Part shown: positions 63,154-64,000 of the stretch, in pieces | Layout of the letters: each line of letters opens with the position of its first letter | How positions within the stretch are numbered: the first letter of the stretch is position 1 | Origin: Psammoneis japonica | Taxonomy: Eukaryota | DNA length: 64,000 nucleotides | NCBI GenBank assembly: GCA_008632985.1 | Contig: QPGO01000021.1 | Coordinates: 124,001 to 188,000, forward strand | Reading direction: 5' to 3' | Notes under the pieces: model-generated | What the model saw: the letters and a program-made list of their open reading frames with translations, nothing else | What the model was told of the DNA's origin: nothing | The model's database searches: none | Made by a program: the position numbers and the translations under genes

Positions 63154-64000
63154 TCACTCTTGGAGCACTTCTTGTGACTGCTTCAACCTTTTCTCAGGAG
63201 GCAAGAAAGGACTCTCGTCTTGGGCTGTAGTTGGAAGCGTCGAAGTTTCTGAAACTGATGATGACCAATTGATGGGATTCTGTCGGAGCAGCTCGTACGT
63301 AACACGAAGGATGTCCCGCTCCTCCACACGGGATGCGCCATTGCAGTCCTCCGTGACAAATTCATCTTCCAAAATTTCATCACCGTGTCTCTCGAAGACT
63401 GAATCGATGCACGTCAAGCAAAACTTGCGGTTCTCCCTGCACACATCAGGAGCCTTGGAAATCGCATCCACCAAGTTCATCATGTGGCTTCTCGTGTCCA
63501 CGCATCCAAACAATTTGCCACGGCCGGCTCGGTTGAGAAGGAGAGCCAACTCAATGTCGGGAACGAAGGTGCCAGTGCAGCAGTCTTGGCTTCCAAATGA
63601 CGCGTGGGAGCCATCATGTTCCAAGTGAACGTCACTGCAGAAATCTTGCATTTCAAGATGAAGTGGTGAAAAGTTCGACTTGACTGTAGAGTCGGATTTG
63701 AGCACAGCGCGAAAGGCGTTCTTTCCCTCAAATGCATTTCTGTTGCCACGAAGATCAAGAGTCTCCAAATTGTCGTTCCTCTTGAGTGATTCTGCAAGCT
63801 GACGGCAGGCTGTCTCACCCAAGCGATTGTGTGAAAGGTCAAGGACCTTGAGGGGAGAGTTTAGCTTCAATGCCTTCGTAACGGGCTTCATGGCGGCACC
63901 TTCTTCATCACAGAGCTTGAGACCGGGCAAGCGAAGCTCGACCAAAGTGCTGTTGACAGACAACATGGTGTCCAACGAATGAAGGAATCTGGCTTTCTGC
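63154..64000 (-). pseudogene. RI-like leucine-rich-repeat protein, 3' part; frame open but TpA-stripped
   Basis: LKLNSPLKVLDLSHNRLG, LKRNDNLETLDLRGN, LLLNRAGRGKL and YELLRQNP. Only one Tyr in 273 aa, with many C/H. The frame is open to the window edge. Confidence 0.7.

Larger units (their letters stand above)
53450..64000. other. TpA-depleted hypermutated domain E (continues to the right edge of the window)
   Basis: TA is nearly absent. CpG is lost from about 53.6 to 62.7 kb but abundant from about 62.8 to 64 kb. Confidence 0.9.

Noticed and set aside
1..64000. Classical fungal RIP or simple CpG methylation decay as the explanation for the compositional domains
   Set aside because: RIP raises TpA and CpG decay does not remove it. 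TA loss also occurs where CpG is retained.

Overview
Eukaryotic genomic DNA, most likely a pennate diatom (short GT-AG introns, CoDi-type copia relic, diatom-style TPR, LRR and subtilisin families). The window alternates between two kinds of sequence. (1) Gene blocks of normal composition (about 9.5-11.9, 21.9-33.5, 36-41.9 and 45.5-53.4 kb) carry a Crinkler/RHS-like NTPase+nuclease, QSOX, PET117, a full-size ABCA transporter, a frameshifted subtilisin, a 14-3-3 gene with a GC-AG intron, a secreted Cys-rich repeat protein and two divergent TPR paralogues. (2) Five domains covering over half the window have lost almost all TpA, and in their cores CpG as well, with TG/CA in excess. These domains contain decayed transposons (MULE-like, two Dada-like DDE copies, Ty1/copia). 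Their edges cut into host genes, where conserved Tyr codons read Cys or His. The main observation is a transposon-associated TpA->TpG/CpA (A:T->G:C) hypermutation signature. It runs opposite to fungal RIP, can be separated from CpG decay, and appears to prefer TAY. Most short ORFs in the supplied track within these domains are artefacts of lost TAA/TAG stops. All family calls are from motif recognition by eye, and element boundaries are approximate.
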